Assembly: GCA_951406725.2 (NCBI GenBank)
Contig: OX597823.1
Location: 7,688,001-7,752,000, forward strand
DNA length: 64,000 nt
Reading direction: 5' to 3'
Origin: Octopus vulgaris
Lineage: Eukaryota
Shown here piece after piece: positions 63,953 through 64,000 of the stretch (positions within the stretch are counted from its first letter, which is position 1; every line of letters begins with the position of its first letter). Under the pieces are notes generated by a model. It saw only the letters and a program-made list of their open reading frames with translations. It made no database searches and was not told where the DNA came from. A program made the position numbers and the translations under genes.

Positions 63953-64000
<48 letters not shown>

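Overview
AT-rich, repeat-dense eukaryotic genomic DNA. It is probably an octopus-type cephalopod, inferred from the SINE families and microsatellite load. The window holds the 3' halves of two convergent, intron-rich genes for multi-pass Golgi proteins, which I assembled by hand from GT-AG splice sites. TM9SF1 lies on + (8 exons, 7983-28959, ending ...YIYVNLKMD*). A TMEM241/SLC35D4-like nucleotide-sugar-transporter gene lies on - (8 exons of 35-94 nt, 59919-39606) and is missed entirely by the ORF track. The rest is tRNA-derived SINEs, RTE-type LINE fragments and tails, non-autonomous Helitrons, mariner relics, TTAA-MITEs, micro/minisatellites and a decayed initiator tRNA-Met. The most interesting signal is two unrelated fold-back elements (34497-34900 and 54366-54794). 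Each carries a minimal type-I hammerhead-ribozyme motif with the same compensatory U3-A8 core variant. Also notable is a complex inverted duplication downstream of TM9SF1 that captured part of its last exon. All family assignments come from recalled motifs; no database search was run.
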